Positions 1-11,402 of a stretch of 64,000 nt of DNA are shown in pieces. Numbering within the stretch: the stretch's first letter is position 1; every line of letters begins with the position of its first letter. The translations under genes and the position numbers were made by a program. The stretch spans positions 26,288,001 through 26,352,000 of the forward strand of contig OX442314.1 of the NCBI GenBank assembly GCA_949358305.1. The letters run 5' to 3'. Origin of the DNA: Strigamia acuminata. Taxonomy: Eukaryota. The notes under the pieces are model-generated. The model saw only the letters and a list, made by a program, of their open reading frames with translations, did not search any database and was not told where the DNA came from.

Positions 1-2547
1 CTCGACCCAAGAGCCTGGGAGGGATTTCTCGTGGGTTACGCCACCGGTACACGTGGTTACCGCGTATGGAATCCTGTGGACAATAGCGTAACAGAATCAA
101 TTCACGTACGCATTGATGAGCATCAGTCTTACAAAAAGACACTGCGGAACCAAAACGGCAATCGCTATCCCATTTACGAGGAACCCGACGTTGGTCAACA
201 ACCTCGAGTCACTTTTGACGACAGTGTCCAATATCTGGACTGGCCCAAGAATGATTCTGATGAAGACTCATCGAATGCATCGGACAATGATAATAACGAC
301 GATGATGATGATGATGAGAATGGAGATGGAAATGTTTCCAGATCAATTTCTATCCCACTAGTACATCTTTCGCCACTTGGGACTCCCGAACGTCAATTAC
401 TAGAGGCATGTGCACTAGCATTACCGGGTTCTGCAACATTGAGACATTCAGCATCGTACCCAACCCTTTATCAAGAAGAACAGGACACTGACGAGGACAT
501 CGATCAACTCGATGATGATGCTATTCAATCGTTCGCAGCCGTATCACAACAATTTGACTCCCCAAATATTTCCTCTGTTCCTGCCAGTTCTCCTGAAATT
601 TCACCACCTGGCTCACCGAATCGCTTCATTACATTACGTCGAAGACACGGTGGGGACATTCTTCAGCACACGATGCCCATACTTGGCCAAGGAGCAATGT
701 CACCTTTGCCAACTGGCTCGACGTCCGTTCCGGCTCATGGAAACAGGACCTCTTTTATGTGGCGTTATGTGGGTGGAGACACAGTCTTCAGGAGATGGGT
801 TCGTGAAGAACACTTAAGGAAAGATCAACGACCAGGATCGATTGATGCGGATGTCTATTATTTTCCGCAACCTGGCCTGCGACTTCGATCACGTAACGAA
901 ATTCAGGCATACTGTACCGTGAACGATCTCCCTTATGATCCTGAATTATTCTTCTTTGGCGTTATGGAACATTCGTTACCGCTGATTCCTCCAGCCCGTC
1001 ATGCAGCTCATCTTTGCCGTACGGAGCCATCATCCTATTCTGATATACCGACATTCCCAGATGCCCCAAAATGGCGCGAAGCCGTTAATGAAGAATTGGA
1101 CATTTTCAAAGAAAGGGAGATTTATCAAGAAGTTCCAAGGCCGCCCAACACTACGGTCTTAGGCTGTAAATGGATCTTCAAATTGAAAACGGATCTAAGC
1201 GGCGAAATAACTCGTTATCGTGCTCGACTCGTCGCACAAGGCTTTCGCCAAACCATCGGGGTAGATTACGAAGAGGTCTTTAGCCCAGTCGTGAACTTTG
1301 TTTTAATCCGGCTATTCTTCTGTCTTCTAGTCGTCCTCAGAGGATGGAAGGATGCTCACCTCGACGTCAAAAGTGCATACCTGTATGGGGACCTGAAGCA
1401 CAAGGTGTACATGCGCATCCCCGCAGGTGCAACTTGTTCGAATCCTGGAAACGTCTGGCTGCTTGTTAAATCCCTCTACGGACTTCACCAATCAGGGAGG
1501 GAGTGGTACGAAAAGTTGGATGGAACGCTTCGAGCCCTCGGTTTTCGGAAGATGCCCGCGTGCAATTGTGTGTATATTTACGGCAATTGTGCCGTCATGT
1601 TAGTTTACGTGGACGACATCGTTCTCTTTTACGCTTCCGACACCGTGTTGACCCGGATTATCCGACTTATTTCGTCCAAATTCGACATCGTTAATCTTGG
1701 TCCCATCACGAAATTATTGGGAGTCGAGTTTATTCGCGACGCCGGACGGACTTTCATCACACAACGTGGCTACATCACAAAGCTCGTTAAGAAGTTCGAA
1801 GTTTCCATCAACCGTCTAGTAAAAGTTCCCGTCACACCTGGGACGACACTCGTGAAGGGGTCAACCGAGAATCTACCGGACTTTCCTTACCGATCCCTAA
1901 TCGGTTCGCTTCTATTCCTCGCGTCGAGAACACGCCCCGATATCTTATTTTCGGTTATTTCGCTGAGCCAGTTCAATACATGTTACGACAAAACGCACAT
2001 CCGAGCCCTCACACAAGTTCTCCAGTACGTGGCTAACACCGTCGACTATCGAATCGAACTTTCCAACTGTAATTCAAGTCAACTGTGGGCTTTTACGGAT
2101 GCGTCGTGGGCAAGCGATCAAGCAACGTCTTTGAGTTTCGGTGGCTATATCAACTTTATCGGAAATGTGCCTATTGGCTGGTCGTGCCGAAAACAGTCAA
2201 CGGTCGCATGTTCTACCATGGAGGCGGAATTTCTTTCTCTAGTGGAATGTGTTAAAGAATCCTTCTGGCTCGACCACATTTACTCCGAATTTCCAGTTCT
2301 CAACAGACAATCCCGACCAATGATCTATTCCGACGCTCTCTCAGCTATCCAGTTTACTGAAAATGACGTGGAAAATTCCAAGACCAAGCATATCCGCGTC
2401 AAATATCATTGGCTGCGAGAGTGGTATAAGGCGGGATGTTTCGACCTTCATAAAGTATCCGGTGAACAGAACATTGCGGACATTTTCACCAAATGGCTTG
2501 GTTCCGAACGTTTGAAGTCCTTAATCGACAAGATCTTCCGGCACTGA
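1..2547 (+). CDS. pol: Copia polyprotein, partial: integrase C-terminus, MBD (~787-950), reverse transcriptase, RNase H
   Basis: Frame is open from base 1 (LDPRAWEGFLVGY). RT motifs CKWIFK, RARLVAQG, LDVKSAYL, SLYGLHQS and YVDD. RNase H motifs TDASWA, STMEAEF, KHIRVKYH and ADIFTK. Stop TGA at 2545-2547. Confidence 0.95.
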   Translation, partial: LDPRAWEGFLVGYATGTRGYRVWNPVDNSVTESIHVRIDEHQSYKKTLRNQNGNRYPIYEEPDVGQQPRVTFDDSVQYLDWPKNDSDEDSSNASDNDNNDDDDDDENGDGNVSRSISIPLVHLSPLGTPERQLLEACALALPGSATLRHSASYPTLYQEEQDTDEDIDQLDDDAIQSFAAVSQQFDSPNISSVPASSPEISPPGSPNRFITLRRRHGGDILQHTMPILGQGAMSPLPTGSTSVPAHGNRTSFMWRYVGGDTVFRRWVREEHLRKDQRPGSIDADVYYFPQPGLRLRSRNEIQAYCTVNDLPYDPELFFFGVMEHSLPLIPPARHAAHLCRTEPSSYSDIPTFPDAPKWREAVNEELDIFKEREIYQEVPRPPNTTVLGCKWIFKLKTDLSGEITRYRARLVAQGFRQTIGVDYEEVFSPVVNFVLIRLFFCLLVVLRGWKDAHLDVKSAYLYGDLKHKVYMRIPAGATCSNPGNVWLLVKSLYGLHQSGREWYEKLDGTLRALGFRKMPACNCVYIYGNCAVMLVYVDDIVLFYASDTVLTRIIRLISSKFDIVNLGPITKLLGVEFIRDAGRTFITQRGYITKLVKKFEVSINRLVKVPVTPGTTLVKGSTENLPDFPYRSLIGSLLFLASRTRPDILFSVISLSQFNTCYDKTHIRALTQVLQYVANTVDYRIELSNCNSSQLWAFTDASWASDQATSLSFGGYINFIGNVPIGWSCRKQSTVACSTMEAEFLSLVECVKESFWLDHIYSEFPVLNRQSRPMIYSDALSAIQFTENDVENSKTKHIRVKYHWLREWYKAGCFDLHKVSGEQNIADIFTKWLGSERLKSLIDKIFRH

Positions 2548-2763
2548 TTTCACCGTGACTTTATTGTGACTTTCTTTATTTCTTATTCCCAATTGTGAGG
2601 ATCATCGAGTTCCAGTGGGAATATTCGGGCTTATGTAGCGTTCTTCAATTATAGTACCCGGCTCGATGATTCGATTTTATTATTTCTGTTTTATCTCTTA
2701 TACACTGTAATTCCAGTATCTGTCCATTATTTCCCCGATTCTATTTCCATCGAAAGGGGGAAT

Positions 2764-3282
2764 TGTTGGTTTTGAGAAACCCAAATGTTTTATGTCGATG
2801 TGATATAGAATCACATTTTGATTGTTTAGTTTAATTATCTTGATGTATTAATTTCACATGTTTATTTACTTTGGTATTATGTTTGCTTTATGCATTTAAG
2901 CATGAAGCATCATGCATTCCCTAGTTTTATATTTATGTAATGCATAATTCCGACACAAGGTGTCGTTGCTTATGTTTTCATCATCCAAGATGGCCGCGCA
3001 CAGTGATGTGTGCTCTCCTTTTGATTTTCCCTTTGAAAAGGATCCCATATGTAAGCTTTTTCTTGTTTATATTAAATGCCTATTATTTTAGAGTCTTTAG
3101 TATTGATTTACAGCACCTTCTGTGCTATTTAAGCGCAGATAAGCGGCATTTTGCCGCGCGCTTTGTTTGGAATCGGTCACGTCGCTTTTACGTTCGTGTC
3201 AGAGACACGACGCCGCCATTTTCGCTTCCACACACTCGGTTTATACCGAATTCGCGCCGCTCGCCTCTGCTACTAACGTTCA
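2764..3282 (+). repeat. 3' LTR of element 1 (519 bp)
   Basis: Starts TGTTGG directly after the PPT and ends CA where the satellite begins. Shares the GCATCATGCAT and A(A/G)ATGGC motifs with the other two LTR families. Its partner LTR is outside the window. Confidence 0.85.
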
Positions 3283-4593
3283 GTTAACGGCCCGTGCGGG
3301 CCGTTGCGGGATCGTGACGGGATCGTCGACGGCCCGTTAACGGCCCGTGCGGGCCGTTGCGGGCCGTTGACGGGCCGTTGACGGGCCGTTAACGGGCCGT
3401 TAACGGGCCGTTACGGCGTGAATCGAAAAAATCAACAACCGACAACACGTACATGAAAACGCGTACAACATTCATAGACATTAATCTCGAATCCTGTTTT
3501 CGGTTTTGCCCCGTTAACGGGCCGTTAACGGGCCGTTAACGGGCCGTTAACGGCCCGTGCGGGCCGTTGCGGGATCGTGACGGGACCGTCGACGGCCCGT
3601 TAACGGCCCGTGCGGGCCGTTGCGGGATCGTGACGGGACCGTCAGCGGCCCGTTAACGGCCCGTGCGGGCCGTTGCGGGATCGTGACGGGATCGTCGACG
3701 GCCCGTTAACGGCCCGTGCGGGCCGTTGCGGGCCGTTGACGGGCCGTTGACGGGCCGTTAACGGGCCGTTAACGGGCCGTTACGGCGTGAATCGAAAAAA
3801 TCAACAACCGACAACACGTACATGAAAACGCGTACAACATTCATAGACATTAATCTCGAATCCTGTTTTCGGTTTTGCCCCGTTAACGGGCCGTTAACGG
3901 CCCGTGCGGGCCGTTGCGGGATCGTGACGGGACCGTCGACGGCCCGTTAACGGCCCGTGCGGGCCGTTGCGGGATCGTGACGGGACCGTCAGCGGCCCGT
4001 TAACGGCCCGTGCGGGCCGTTGCGGGATCGTGACGGGATCGTCGACGGCCCGTTAACGGCCCGTGCGGGCCGTTGCGGGATCGTGACGGGACCGTCAGCG
4101 GCCCGTTAACGGCCCGTGCGGGCCGTTGCGGGATCGTGACGGGATCGTCGACGGCCCGTTAACGGCCCGTGCGGGCCGTTGCGGGCCGTTGACGGGCCGT
4201 TGACGGGCCGTTAACGGGCCGTTAACGGGCCGTTACGGCGTGAATCGAAAAAATCAACAACCGACAACACGTACATGAAAACGCGTACAACATTCATAGA
4301 CATTAATCTCGAATCCTGTTTTTGGTTTTACGCCGTTAACGGGCCGTTAACGGGCCGTTAACGGCCCGTTAACGGCCCGCGTGAGGTCGTACGGGCCGTC
4401 GGCGAGCCGAAGTCCGGGAACGAAGGCCGTGACGGGATCGTGACGGGACCGTCAGCGGCCCGTTAACGGCCCGTGCGGGCCGTTGCGGGATCGTGACGGG
4501 ATCGTCGACGGCCCGTTAACGGCCCGTGCGGGCCGTTGCGGGCCGTTGACGGGCCGTTGACGGGCCGTTAACGGGCCGTTAACGGGCCGTTAC
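3283..4593. repeat. CpG-dense palindromic satellite, family 1
   Basis: Tandem GGCCCGTTAACGG(G)CC and GTGACGGGATCGTGACGGGACCGTC modules, with an AT-richer ~85-bp core at ~3421, 3790 and 4243. Confidence 0.95.
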
Positions 4594-5166
4594 TGTTGGT
4601 CCTTGAAACCACTTCGGACGTTTATTTAACGCTTTTTCGATGCGTAATGACGCTACCTGAACTTTTTCACATCATTGGTTGTTATATTTTCTTTCCCCAA
4701 ATGATTTAGTGTTTATTTCCTACTTAACTGGTTGTTACCAGTATATTTCCGTATATTTACTTTATATTGTAAGGGAAATGCATGGTGCCTGCATTAACTG
4801 TGTCTTAACACACTGGGCATCATGCATCGCCTATCTGTTTATACCTGTGTGTCGCTCGCTTCTGTCACCAGAGCGCACTGCCTTTTATTCCAAGATGGCG
4901 ACGCACACTGCTAAGTGTGCTCCTGTGCTTTTCAATCCTGTTTTCGTAAGTTTTAGGTTAATAAATCGTTTATTTTGTTTATAAATAATTCGTTTCTTGT
5001 GTCTGCACGTAGATAAGTGCAGACACCACGCAAATTCGACCAGAACCGGCTCGAATTCGCGTACACGACGCGCCGCACGTCTCGTGCGTGCTATATCGTA
5101 CGTGTTGGCTTATTTTTAAGCGTTTCCACTGCCTAGTCTGTGCTGTTTTTGCAGCATACCACCACA
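4594..5166 (+). repeat. 5' LTR of element 2
   Basis: Direct repeat of 10830-11402 (offset 6236); no differences seen by eye. Confidence 0.97.
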
Positions 5167-5168
5167 AT

Positions 5169-5180
5169 TGGTAGCAGAGG
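5169..5180 (+). promoter_or_regulatory. Primer-binding site complementary to the initiator tRNA-Met 3' end
   Basis: TGGTAGCAGAGG, 2 nt after the LTR; it is the reverse complement of the animal tRNAi-Met 3' end (...CCUCUGCUACCA). Confidence 0.9.
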
Positions 5181-5842
5181 CCTGGAAAGACACCAGGGCC
5201 TCGTTTTTTCCTTAATTTTCCACAATTTTCGCGATTTTTTCGCGAATTTTGCGGAAATTTTCTATATTTTCAGATTTTTCGCCGATTTACACCGATTTTC
5301 GACATGCGACGACGTCTACACGACGTTATCACCGAGAAACGGGTGTAACCCGCTGTTTAGCACCCCGGAGTGCGACAGTATCGACGATTTTCGTTCATTT
5401 TTCGCGATTTTTCGTTTAAAATCGCACATATCCGTGTTTTTCACACGAGGATCGCGTGTTGCGACGTGCACCGCGACTGATTCGTCAATTTCGCCTTATT
5501 TTGCCTTTCAGAGTCGAATTACCTTTGTTAATTTTAAGTGGGAATTTTGGTGTGGGACAATTAGAATCCTCGGCGCCCTTCGTCCGAATCCGGGCAAGCG
5601 CCGTTGTATTTTTCGGTTGTGCTTGTCGTGGTACAAGTGAGGTTTCCCGCGGCTCCAGGAAGTCGAACGGACCCTCTCAGACTGGCAACCGAAAGCTATT
5701 TAATTCCTTCAGAAGGAATTGCCCATTCTTGGTTTCCGCTTTGACAGTGCTACGGAAAGTGCTTCGCATCGTAATTTGTGCTTCGTTTGTGCGTCGATTG
5801 TGCGTCAATTTCCCATTTCTACGCTTTTTTCTCCGTGCAATC

Positions 5843-8800
5843 ATGAAAAAGGCCACCGACCAGTCGTCAGGCCATGTGCCGATTCTCGTGACCGGCAATT
5901 ACGAACACTGGCACCGTGCAATTAAAATGCTATTGATGTCCGACGGCGTATGGCACCACGTCACCGAAACGGAGGAACTAGTGAAAGCCAACGTCGATGA
6001 AGACGTTTGGCGAAAATGGCAACGTCGGAAAGCCCGAGCGCTGGGGACCATTTATTGCCACGTCTCGCAGGCCAAACAGTCGGCCCTCGACGGTTGCACC
6101 ACTCCGAAACAGGCGTGGGACATTTTAGCGAAAATTTACGCCCCCAGCTCTCTCGCCCGCCAAGCGGCGATGCGCCGTGAGTTCCTGCAGCTCAAGTTGG
6201 AGCCCGGCGAAGAAATGGCCGATTTCCTCAGCCGCGTTGACCTTATGGTCCGCCAACTTAAAGACGTCGGTGAAGACATCCTCCCTCGACATCACGCGTA
6301 CCAGTATTTAGACTTTCTTCCGGACGAATACGACCAAGCAACTTTTGCCATTTATCATTGGCCGCTGGCAGAGTTTACCCCGGCTAAAGTCTCCGATCAG
6401 TTGTTGTCGGAATATCTACGATTAAAGTCGCATTCGAACCGAAACTCCGGTAATTCCTCCGCTTATGCTACTGGGCGACAAGGACGTAACCAGTCGCGAC
6501 CTCCGCGCCCGCTTGCGCAGGTGCGTTGCTTCAATTGCAACGAGCTTGGACACTACGCCAATAAGTGCCAGCATCCTCGCAAGCAAACAACTGGGCAACA
6601 GCCGGTAGCTACGTTTCAGACACGATCTCGCAGCAAGAGTCGACGCCGCAATAAAGGCTCGAATCCGAATGTGAACCCGAATCAACAGCAGCAGGGACAG
6701 TTTCGCGAGTCTTCACGCCCGCGCCGAGATGCAGCATATCTCCTGTCCGCACCACCTGCGATCCAGGTTCCTACCGTTCATTTCGTCCAATCTCACGAAT
6801 GGATTGTTGACTGCGGCGCCACCGACCACGTTTCACACGTTAAATCGTGGTTCTTGGACTTTGTTGAGGTCGTCCCTTTTAATATCGAATTGGGACAAGG
6901 AAGCTCCAAAGTTACCGGAAAAGGGAATGTTCCAGTCAAGTCACTCATCGATGGCTGTGAATGCACCGTACTTCTCCGCGATGTTTTGTACGCACCTGAT
7001 TTCGGCGCTAATTTAATTTCGGTTTCGCGAGTCGATAAATGTGGGCATCACATACACATTTACAATTCGGAGTTGCATACATATGGGACGGATATCAAAC
7101 AAAGTGTTCTTCGGGCGAAGCAAAAGTCAGGACTTTACTTCGTAGATGGACTAATTTCGCCATTTGCGTCGCCGACTGTTGTTTCAAGTACACCGCCCAT
7201 CCCAATGTCACCTCCGACTACTGCGCCGATGACTCTCATCACGAAGGAGGAAGATTTTCCTGCACTACCGGCAAAGAAGTCCAGACAGAAATCGAACGTC
7301 CAGATAACTGACTTCCGCCTGCCTATCTCTCCCAACACCTTACTACTGCCTCCTCCTTCCCCGATTATTCCAACTCCTGTTCCCGGATCTCAACCACAAC
7401 AGATCCGGATGTATTCCAACATCCTATCATCTCCTCCTCCTCCCGTTGCCAAAACAAAGGCACTTCCTATCCCTAATCCGGTTAAGACTTCGAATGTCAA
7501 CGTTGCTGATGCCACGGGATTATGGCACGCCAGGTTGGGCCATCTCCACACCAAAGCCATGCGGACTTTGGCGAACAATTCCCAAGTTTATGGACTCGAT
7601 CCGGCTGCGGTTCGACAAGAACTTTCCTGCAACTCATGTCGCATTGCCAAGTCCACGCGCGCCTCGCATAAACCGATTCCCACACCTTCGACGACCAAAC
7701 CGTTGGAGTTGCTGCACATGGACGTCTGGGGCCCGTCAAGACTGACTTCGATTGGCGGTGCTGATTATGCCTTCTCCATTGTTGACGACGCGACCCGATA
7801 TTCGTGGATTTTTCCGATTGCACGCAAATCCGACGTTTTTGCGACTTTCAAAGACTTTGTTTCTCGCGTTGAACGCATTACGGATTCCCGCGTCAAATCA
7901 ATTCGCACGGATCGCGGCGGGGAATTTATTTCTAAGACTTTTGACCGTTACCTCGCTGACAAGGGCATTGTCGCACAACGGACCAATCCCGGAAGCCCAC
8001 AAATGAACGGGGTCGCCGAACGCCTAAACCGGACGATGGGCGACTATCTTCGCTCCGTTACCTCCGAAACCGGTTTTCCGCACACACTTTGGGCTGAACT
8101 CGCTGTGACATTTTCGTACGTTAAAAATCGCAGCCCGCATTCGAAACTTAACGACGAAGTTCCATATGTTTTATGGCGCCAGCGTGCCCTCTCCGTCAAA
8201 CATTTCCGAAAAATTGGTTCTAAATGCTGGGTGCATTTCACCGCACCCGGGCGCAACAAAATGGATCCACGGGCGTGGGAAGGATTTCTCGTAGGTTACG
8301 CCTCCAACACTCGCGGTTATCGGGTTTGGAATCCGGCTACGAACACCGTCACGGAATCCGTTCACGTTCAAATCGATGAACGTCAGAATTTCAAACGCTC
8401 GCCGTTTTACGTTCCGGATCCCTACGAAAATGCTCCATTCATGGAGGAGCCCTCTCACGTCACTACACCGTCCCGTGTCACTTTTGACGATGGCGCTTTC
8501 CCATCTGTCCCCTGGTCACGTCGACGTCGTGATTCCGACGATGAATCATCTAATGACGATGATGAATTCCGCCATCGGGCTCCATCAAGCGCTTCATCAG
8601 TCGCTTCATATCGCTCCGTCCTCGAGGAGGTCGAAGAGGACATTGCTGATGAATTGCCTCCTCCTATTCTGTTTGCGGACGATGTACCGGAGGACATCGA
8701 TTTGGACGTCACGCCTGACCCACCACTTCCGCTTTACCGTCCTCGGAGGAGATTACGTCCCGACGCTTTGGCTCGTCAACCTCACACCCCTGAGGCCAGC

Positions 8801-10783
8801 GATAGTGAACTCGACGTTGATCACGATATCGAACAATTTTTCGAACGCTATCCCGAACGTGATTTCGAGCACGACCCCGAAGATGATCCACTTGATAATC
8901 TCCTCGATGATCTCCTCGATAAGGCAGCCGCCTTACCAGCGGCCGCTGCAACGCCTGCACCGCCTCTCGCTCCGTTACGCGCTCTTCACTGCCCCTATCG
9001 TTTTATTGGTGGAGATACGCCCTTCAGCGGATGGAGGAGGGAAGAGCATCTCCGGAAAGAACAAGCGCCTGGCAAAATCAAGGTCGACGTTTATTACTAT
9101 CCGGAGCACGGTGTCCGCTTAAGGTCGAGAGGGGACATCGAAAGATATTGCGTCGCTCACCAACTTCCGTATGAGGAGGACATTTTCTTTTTCGGCAACC
9201 TCGAACATCAATTGCAGGACGAGCAACCTGTTCATCGCGTCCTTATGTGTTTTCGAGAGCCGTCCACGTACGCCGAAGCTGTTAAGCTACCCGAGGCACC
9301 GAAGTGGACCGAGGCAATCGATGAGGAGCTCACGACTTTCAAGGAACGCGAAGTTTATAAGGAAGTTCCACGACCCCCGGACAAGACAATCCTCGGGTGT
9401 AAATGGATTTTTCGGTTGAAATCGGATGCCACCGGGAAAATTCACCGCTACCGTGCTCGACTTGTCGCACAAGGTTTCCGCCAAACAATGGGCGTTGATT
9501 TCGATGAAGTTTTTAGTCCGGTGGTTAACTTCGTGCTCATCCGATTCTTTTTCTGCCTCCTAGTCGTTTTACTAGGATGGAGGGATCTCCACCTCGACGT
9601 CAAGTGTGCCTACCTTTACGGCGACCTCGACCACGAAATTTACATGCGGATTCCCGCCGGCGCCACATGCACCTCACCCGACAACGTCTGGTTGTTAACC
9701 AAGTCACTTTACGGTCTTCACCAGTCGGGGCGCATGTGGTACCAGAAGCTCAACGAGACGTTAACCGACCTCGGATTCCAGAAATTTCCCGCTTGTAATT
9801 GCGTTTACGCATTTGGACATTCGGCTGTTATGTTAGTCTACGTGGACGATATCGTCGTATTTTACGCGTCGGAGAGTATCCGAGACCGTATTTTGGCGCT
9901 GATTTCCAGCAAATTCGACATCGTCAACCTCGGACCAATAACCAAATTACTCGGGGTAGAATTCGTGCGTCGCGATGGGAAAGTTTTCATGTCCCAACGC
10001 TCCTACATCGACAAACTTCTTAAAAAGTTCAACGTTTCGTCAGATGCACTCATTAAAGTGCCTGTCACACCGGGGACCACGCTCGTCAAAGGCTCGTTGG
10101 ATAATCTCCCGGACTTTCCGTACCGATCGCTCATCGGATCGTTATTATTCCTCGCCTCTCGCACTCGTCCCGACATATTATACTCGGTCATCGCTTTATC
10201 GCAGTATAATAACTGCTACGACCACCGCCACATCAAGTGTTTGCTCCAAGTTCTCAAATACGTGGCGAACACGAGCGATTTCTCGATCGAACTCTCGGGG
10301 TGTAATTCCAGTCAGCTGTGGGGATACACAGATGCGTCGTGGGCGAGCGACATTGCGACATCGAGAAGTTTCGGAGGATACATCTTTTATATCGGTTGTG
10401 TGCCAATCGGCTGGAGCTGCAAAAAGCAGACCAGCGTCGCCTGTTCCACCATGGAAGCCGAGTTTGTGGCACTAGTCGAAATCGTTAAAGAGTTATACTG
10501 GTTGGACAGTATCTATCGAGTCTTTCCACCGTTAAACCGATTATCGAAACCGATTATTTTCTCCGATGCCCTCGCCTCGATCCAATTCACGAACAACGAC
10601 ATCGAGAACTCGAAAACCAAACATATTCGAGTGAAGTTCCATTGGCTTCGAGAATGGCATATTGCCGGGTGCTTCGAACTCCGCAAAATTCCGGGTGAAA
10701 TAAATGTTTCAGATATTTTCACGAAATGGCTTAGTTCCGAACGCCTCCGAAATTTGTTGTCCCGGATCTTCATCTCGAAATAA
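5843..10783 (+). CDS. gag-pol: Copia gag-pol polyprotein, 1646 aa from ATG 5843: Gag, CCHC knuckle, protease, integrase, MBD (~9020-9190), RT, RNase H
   Basis: Knuckle CFNCNELGHYANKC. Protease WIVDCGATDH. Integrase WHARLGH...CNSC, LHMDVWG, IRTDRGGEF and NGVAERLNRT. MBD GWRREEHLRK...VDVYYYPEHGVRLRS. RT YVDD. RNase H TDASWA and SDIFTK. No stops or frameshift. Confidence 0.96.
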   Translation: MKKATDQSSGHVPILVTGNYEHWHRAIKMLLMSDGVWHHVTETEELVKANVDEDVWRKWQRRKARALGTIYCHVSQAKQSALDGCTTPKQAWDILAKIYAPSSLARQAAMRREFLQLKLEPGEEMADFLSRVDLMVRQLKDVGEDILPRHHAYQYLDFLPDEYDQATFAIYHWPLAEFTPAKVSDQLLSEYLRLKSHSNRNSGNSSAYATGRQGRNQSRPPRPLAQVRCFNCNELGHYANKCQHPRKQTTGQQPVATFQTRSRSKSRRRNKGSNPNVNPNQQQQGQFRESSRPRRDAAYLLSAPPAIQVPTVHFVQSHEWIVDCGATDHVSHVKSWFLDFVEVVPFNIELGQGSSKVTGKGNVPVKSLIDGCECTVLLRDVLYAPDFGANLISVSRVDKCGHHIHIYNSELHTYGTDIKQSVLRAKQKSGLYFVDGLISPFASPTVVSSTPPIPMSPPTTAPMTLITKEEDFPALPAKKSRQKSNVQITDFRLPISPNTLLLPPPSPIIPTPVPGSQPQQIRMYSNILSSPPPPVAKTKALPIPNPVKTSNVNVADATGLWHARLGHLHTKAMRTLANNSQVYGLDPAAVRQELSCNSCRIAKSTRASHKPIPTPSTTKPLELLHMDVWGPSRLTSIGGADYAFSIVDDATRYSWIFPIARKSDVFATFKDFVSRVERITDSRVKSIRTDRGGEFISKTFDRYLADKGIVAQRTNPGSPQMNGVAERLNRTMGDYLRSVTSETGFPHTLWAELAVTFSYVKNRSPHSKLNDEVPYVLWRQRALSVKHFRKIGSKCWVHFTAPGRNKMDPRAWEGFLVGYASNTRGYRVWNPATNTVTESVHVQIDERQNFKRSPFYVPDPYENAPFMEEPSHVTTPSRVTFDDGAFPSVPWSRRRRDSDDESSNDDDEFRHRAPSSASSVASYRSVLEEVEEDIADELPPPILFADDVPEDIDLDVTPDPPLPLYRPRRRLRPDALARQPHTPEASDSELDVDHDIEQFFERYPERDFEHDPEDDPLDNLLDDLLDKAAALPAAAATPAPPLAPLRALHCPYRFIGGDTPFSGWRREEHLRKEQAPGKIKVDVYYYPEHGVRLRSRGDIERYCVAHQLPYEEDIFFFGNLEHQLQDEQPVHRVLMCFREPSTYAEAVKLPEAPKWTEAIDEELTTFKEREVYKEVPRPPDKTILGCKWIFRLKSDATGKIHRYRARLVAQGFRQTMGVDFDEVFSPVVNFVLIRFFFCLLVVLLGWRDLHLDVKCAYLYGDLDHEIYMRIPAGATCTSPDNVWLLTKSLYGLHQSGRMWYQKLNETLTDLGFQKFPACNCVYAFGHSAVMLVYVDDIVVFYASESIRDRILALISSKFDIVNLGPITKLLGVEFVRRDGKVFMSQRSYIDKLLKKFNVSSDALIKVPVTPGTTLVKGSLDNLPDFPYRSLIGSLLFLASRTRPDILYSVIALSQYNNCYDHRHIKCLLQVLKYVANTSDFSIELSGCNSSQLWGYTDASWASDIATSRSFGGYIFYIGCVPIGWSCKKQTSVACSTMEAEFVALVEIVKELYWLDSIYRVFPPLNRLSKPIIFSDALASIQFTNNDIENSKTKHIRVKFHWLREWHIAGCFELRKIPGEINVSDIFTKWLSSERLRNLLSRIFISK

Positions 10784-10829
10784 TTTCATCGAACTGTTAA
10801 TATCGACATTGCACATCGAAGGAGGGAAT

Positions 10830-11402
10830 TGTTGGTCCTTGAAACCACTTCGGACGTTTATTTAACGCTTTTTCGATGCGTAATGACGCTACCTGAACTT
10901 TTTCACATCATTGGTTGTTATATTTTCTTTCCCCAAATGATTTAGTGTTTATTTCCTACTTAACTGGTTGTTACCAGTATATTTCCGTATATTTACTTTA
11001 TATTGTAAGGGAAATGCATGGTGCCTGCATTAACTGTGTCTTAACACACTGGGCATCATGCATCGCCTATCTGTTTATACCTGTGTGTCGCTCGCTTCTG
11101 TCACCAGAGCGCACTGCCTTTTATTCCAAGATGGCGACGCACACTGCTAAGTGTGCTCCTGTGCTTTTCAATCCTGTTTTCGTAAGTTTTAGGTTAATAA
11201 ATCGTTTATTTTGTTTATAAATAATTCGTTTCTTGTGTCTGCACGTAGATAAGTGCAGACACCACGCAAATTCGACCAGAACCGGCTCGAATTCGCGTAC
11301 ACGACGCGCCGCACGTCTCGTGCGTGCTATATCGTACGTGTTGGCTTATTTTTAAGCGTTTCCACTGCCTAGTCTGTGCTGTTTTTGCAGCATACCACCA
11401 CA
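10830..11402 (+). repeat. 3' LTR of element 2
   Basis: Follows the PPT GAAGGAGGGAA and matches the 5' LTR. Confidence 0.97.

Larger units (their letters stand above)
1..3282 (+). mobile_element. Ty1/Copia LTR retrotransposon with MBD (element 1), 5' part outside the window
   Basis: Integrase C-terminus, MBD, RT and RNase H in Copia order. Polypurine tract GAAAGGGGGAA (~2752-2762), then a 3' LTR TGTTGG...CA at 2764-3282, then satellite starting GTTAA. Confidence 0.93.
4594..11402 (+). mobile_element. Full-length Ty1/Copia LTR retrotransposon with MBD (element 2, 6809 bp)
   Basis: 573-bp LTRs at 4594-5166 and 10830-11402 (TG...CA). TSD GTTAC at 4589-4593 and 11403-11407. PBS at 5169-5180, PPT at ~10818-10828, single intact gag-pol ORF. 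Confidence 0.98.

Noticed and set aside
2548..2763. env-like or extra ORF after pol
   Set aside because: Only ~50-220 bp separate the stop codon from the 3' LTR in the three elements.
3283..4593. CRISPR-like repeat/spacer appearance of the satellites
   Set aside because: The 'spacers' are near-identical copies, the context is eukaryotic and there are no cas genes.
4679..4984. Short ORFs repeated at 10915, and at 15149/21378
   Set aside because: They lie within LTRs and recur only because the LTRs are duplicated.
5456..5842. N-terminal extensions of the gag-pol ORFs in the track (also 16199-16264)
   Set aside because: They start at non-ATG codons, and protein similarity between elements 2 and 3 begins at the ATGs at 5843 and 16265.
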